The position numbers and the translations under genes are program-made. From contig NZ_JBQLZR010000309.1 in assembly GCF_052168375.1 (NCBI RefSeq), forward strand, positions 1-42,477: a stretch of DNA of 42,477 bases, given 5' to 3'. Below, in pieces: positions 39,313 through 42,477 of this stretch. Positions within the stretch are counted from its first letter, which is position 1. Every line of letters begins with the position of its first letter. Below the pieces are notes generated by a model that was not told where the DNA came from, ran no database searches, and saw nothing but the letters and a program-made list of their open reading frames with translations. The stretch is from Glycocaulis sp. (GTDB taxonomy: Bacteria > Pseudomonadota > Alphaproteobacteria > Caulobacterales > Maricaulaceae).

Positions 39313-42120
39313 ATGTCACGGCCCAAGGACGACCCCGAGACGCGTCTGCCCGGCACGCCCGGTGCTCTTGCACGCTATTGCCTGCAGGCGCTTGAAGGCG
39401 GCTGGGGAGAAGACTGGGACTCGCCCTTGCGCAACCCGGTTGGCGACCTTGCCAGCGAGCTTTTCTCCGGCCTGCACCGCGGTGCGGTATCGGTCGAGGG
39501 GATAGGCGCTCTCGTTCGTGAACTTGCCGATGCAGGCCTCGCCCGCCGGGCAGAGGCCCTTCGCGAATTGCACGCACCGGGACTTTCAGGCGCCGCCGAG
39601 ACCGCCCTGAAAGACCGTCTGGACACGCTGGCGGCGAAAGGGTTTGACGCCTTCAGCGACGCGGTCGGACGTTGCCGGGCGGGCATTGTCTTTACCGCCC
39701 ACCCGACTTTTGCCCTGTCCAGGGCGTTGCGCGGAGCGCTGGTCGATGCGGCGCTGAACGGCGATGTGCCTGAAACCGGCGGTCTCACCCATGGCCCTGA
39801 CGATGACATCTCGCTCCTGACCGAACATGGCGAGGTGAAAGACGCGATCGAGCGGGCACGAACCGCTCTTGCGCGCCTCGACGCCCTCATTCTTGAAACC
39901 GCGCGCTCCCATTTTCCTGAAAAGTGGCAGGCCTTGCAGCCGCGGCTGATCTCTCTGGCAAGCTGGGTCGGCTATGATCTTGATGGCCGCACCGACATTC
40001 ACTGGGGCCGGTCCATCGCCTTCCGCCTCGAGGAAAAGGCAATCCAGCTGGAGCGCTATGCCCGGCTGGCCGCTGAAGCAGGCCTTCCTGAACTTGGCGA
40101 GCGTCTTGCCCGGGCCGCCAGCCTTTCACGCAGTCACGCCGCGCTTTTCGAGACCGATCTGGAAGTGCCCGCCAGCGTGGTGAAAGCCGCCAATGCCCTG
40201 ACGGCACCGCACGCCGACCGTCTGGTCTCGGTGACGCCGCTGCTGGAAGAGCTGGGCGAGGCTCTGGAAACGGCCAGCGGTGAGAACGCGTTGAAACTGG
40301 CTTCCTTGCGCGCAGAGATGGCTTCAGCCGGGCTTGGCGCCGCACACATTCATCTGCGCATCAATGCGGCGCAGCTAAAAAGCGCCGTGAGGGCCGATCT
40401 CGGCCTAGAGGAAGAGGAAGAAGATTTCGGGCGCCTCGCCCTGGCCCGTGCGGCCGAGCGCGCTCAGAGCGCGGCCCTGCACGATGTCAGCTTCGCTTCG
40501 GTCTTCCTTGAACAGATGACCGCGCGGCGTCAGTTCATGATGTGCGCGCAATTCCTGAAGCATATCGATGCGGACACCCCGATCCGCTTCCTGCTGGCGG
40601 AGTGCGAGACACCCGCAACGGTGATGGGCGCCGTCTATCTTGCCCGCCTCTACGGTGTGGCGGAGAAGGTCGACATTTCGCCCCTGTTCGAGACGCCTGA
40701 CGCACTGGAACGCGGTGGACGCCTCATGGACCGCCTCATCAGCGAGCCCGCCTATCGCGACTATGTCGAGGCGCGCGGACGCATCACCATCCAGCTCGGT
40801 TTCTCCGATGCAGGCCGCTTCATGGGCCAGGCGGCAGCTGAGCTCGCCATCGAGCGCCTGCATATACTCGTGGCCCGGGCGCTCGCCCGCCATGATGTGC
40901 GCAATATCGAGCTTGTGGTGTTCAACACGCACGGCGAGTCGATGGGGCGGGGTGCACATCCCGGATCACTGGCTGACCGGCTGGACCATTTGCTGACCCC
41001 CTGGGCGCGCTCGCGCTTCAAGGCGGCTGGCGTGCCGCTGATCCACGAGACGAGCTATCAGGGCGGTGACGGTTTCGTGCATTTCGCCCGTCAGGAACTG
41101 GCCAACTCCGTCGTCATGCAGACGGCGGTGCACGCGCTAGACATTCCTGACGGCAATAGCGCCGACCCCTTCTATGCCGAGATCGACTACACCTGGGATG
41201 TCTATCGCGCCCTGAAAAGCTGGCAGGAAGACCTGTTTGAAAACCCCGATTACCGCAATGCGATAACGGCCTTTGCGCCAAACCTTCTGGTCAAGTCCGG
41301 ATCACGAAAAGCCAAGCGCCCCGGCGGACCCGGCCAGTCGCTCGACCTGTCGATGCTGCGCGCCATTCCGCACAATGCCGCCCTGCAACAGCTGGCCATT
41401 CCGGCCAATGTGTCTGGCGGCATCGGCGCATCAATCCATTCAGAGCCGGAGCGCATGGCAACGCTGATCGCCCGCTCGCCTCGCATGGAGCGCCTGATCG
41501 CCATGGTGATGCGGGCCCGCACGCTGACAAGCCTGAGCGCCTTGCGGGGCTATGCCCGCCTGTACGATGCCAGCGAGTGGACGGGGCGGGCGGCCTGGGC
41601 ACGGTCACCGGCCATGCAGCGGGCCTTCCTCGACCTGTCGGCACGTCTTGCCGATCAGTCGCGCCATACCGCTCTGGTGCGTCTGGCCAATCATCTCTCG
41701 GCCGACCTGATGAGCTTTGACCAGCTTGTCGCCTCGACCAGCTGGCGCGAAGACCCCGACCGGCAGGCGGTTGAGGCGCTTCACGCAGTGCGTCAGGCGC
41801 TGATCATGCAGGCCTTTCTGATCATTTCACGCCTGCCGGGCTTCTCGCCGCGTCATGATCTGACACGGGGGGACATCATTGATCTGGTGCTGGCCTTGCG
41901 CATTCCGGAAGCCGTCAGTGCGCTGGACGAGATTTTCCCCGAGGCAAGCGAGGCACTCGGCGCGCTCGACGCCATCGAGGAGCCCAGCACGACCGACTCG
42001 CCGGCCTTGAGGGGGTATCCGGAGATTCAGGCCCGGATCATCCGTCCGCTGGAGCAGCTCTATCCGCTGATCACGCAGGTGAGCGTGGCGATCAGCCATT
42101 ATCACCGGGCCATAGGCTAG
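39313..42120 (+). CDS. ppc: Phosphoenolpyruvate carboxylase, divergent type
   Basis: VFTAHPT, SWVGYDLDGR, PLFET, GFSD, GRG, LRAIP motifs in the expected order; 935 aa. Confidence 0.82.
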   Translation: MSRPKDDPETRLPGTPGALARYCLQALEGGWGEDWDSPLRNPVGDLASELFSGLHRGAVSVEGIGALVRELADAGLARRAEALRELHAPGLSGAAETALKDRLDTLAAKGFDAFSDAVGRCRAGIVFTAHPTFALSRALRGALVDAALNGDVPETGGLTHGPDDDISLLTEHGEVKDAIERARTALARLDALILETARSHFPEKWQALQPRLISLASWVGYDLDGRTDIHWGRSIAFRLEEKAIQLERYARLAAEAGLPELGERLARAASLSRSHAALFETDLEVPASVVKAANALTAPHADRLVSVTPLLEELGEALETASGENALKLASLRAEMASAGLGAAHIHLRINAAQLKSAVRADLGLEEEEEDFGRLALARAAERAQSAALHDVSFASVFLEQMTARRQFMMCAQFLKHIDADTPIRFLLAECETPATVMGAVYLARLYGVAEKVDISPLFETPDALERGGRLMDRLISEPAYRDYVEARGRITIQLGFSDAGRFMGQAAAELAIERLHILVARALARHDVRNIELVVFNTHGESMGRGAHPGSLADRLDHLLTPWARSRFKAAGVPLIHETSYQGGDGFVHFARQELANSVVMQTAVHALDIPDGNSADPFYAEIDYTWDVYRALKSWQEDLFENPDYRNAITAFAPNLLVKSGSRKAKRPGGPGQSLDLSMLRAIPHNAALQQLAIPANVSGGIGASIHSEPERMATLIARSPRMERLIAMVMRARTLTSLSALRGYARLYDASEWTGRAAWARSPAMQRAFLDLSARLADQSRHTALVRLANHLSADLMSFDQLVASTSWREDPDRQAVEALHAVRQALIMQAFLIISRLPGFSPRHDLTRGDIIDLVLALRIPEAVSALDEIFPEASEALGALDAIEEPSTTDSPALRGYPEIQARIIRPLEQLYPLITQVSVAISHYHRAIG

Positions 42121-42126
42121 ATCGCG

Positions 42127-42282
42127 TCAGCGTCCCTCGGACTCGATACGCAGGGTCTCATCGCCAAGATTGATCTCCAGCGTCTGGGTCTGGCTGTCGC
42201 GCCACAGCGCATAGCCCACTGCACCGACCAGGATCAGCACAACGGCAACACCGGCATAAACAAGTTTCTGGTTGGAACGCAT
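42127..42282 (-). CDS. 51-aa single-TM small protein
   Basis: Manual translation MRSNQKLVYAGVAVVLILVGAVGYALWRDSQTQTLEINLGDETLRIESEGR*; GAGGAG RBS. Confidence 0.78.
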   Translation of the reverse strand: MRSNQKLVYAGVAVVLILVGAVGYALWRDSQTQTLEINLGDETLRIESEGR

Positions 42283-42331
42283 GGCGTTTCTCCTCTTTCA
42301 CTGCCCCGCCACAGGGAGGCTCGATGGAGAA

Positions 42332-42356
42332 AACGCCTGTAAACGCGGGCGGTTCC
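42332..42356 (-). promoter_or_regulatory. EcfG/SigT-type promoter
   Basis: Minus strand GGAAC-N16-CGTT, 50 nt upstream of ATG 42282. Confidence 0.78.
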
Positions 42357-42373
42357 TGCCTGCCGGACAAGGC

Positions 42374-42401
42374 AAAGGGCCGGAGTGGTGGCTCCGGCCC
42401 T
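42374..42401 (-). terminator. Hairpin terminator after the edge gene
   Basis: AGGGCCGGAG-N6-CTCCGGCCCT with a short T run on the minus strand. Confidence 0.7.
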
Positions 42402-42427
42402 CTGCTCCTCACGCAAGCAGGACCGGC

Positions 42428-42477
42428 TTACCAGCCCCAGCTCACGCCCGCACGGCCAGCCACCTGGCCAGTGCGGA
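42428..42477 (-). CDS. C-terminus of an outer-membrane protein, probably a YadA-like trimeric autotransporter anchor (partial)
   Basis: ...RTGQVAGRAGVSWGW* beta-signal ending in Trp, followed by a terminator; only 15 codons visible. Confidence 0.55.
   Translation of the reverse strand, partial: RTGQVAGRAGVSWGW

Overview
High-GC alphaproteobacterial chromosomal segment; gene style suggests a Caulobacterales/Maricaulales-like organism (inference). No integrase, transposase, phage gene or CRISPR array was seen. In order: partial penicillin-acylase-family gene, DUF1330, HAD phosphoserine phosphatase, msrA, Ca/Na antiporter, DUF533, tRNA-Ser(GGA), two paralogous secreted proteins built from two shuffled Cys-containing modules, DUF4386, and an HI0933 flavoprotein. 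Next come a hydroxyproline-catabolism operon divergent from two serine hydrolases, fadE, and a ferric-reductase-like flavocytochrome followed by an unannotated 30-aa membrane peptide. An alternative cytochrome c oxidase operon is interrupted by an antisense DUF2231 gene and carries three general-stress (EcfG/SigT-type) promoter motifs. The rest is DUF3008, a TetR/GST/GST/kappa-GST operon divergent from two sulfatases plus a lipoprotein FGE, katG with an OxyR box, a sphingosine-1-phosphate-lyase-like gene, an atypical PEP carboxylase, an unannotated 51-aa stress-promoter membrane protein, and the tail of a probable trimeric autotransporter. The best novelty candidates are the sense/antisense stress-regulated oxidase locus and the domain-shuffled secreted pair next to the tRNA. 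All family calls come from motif recognition by eye; no searches were run.
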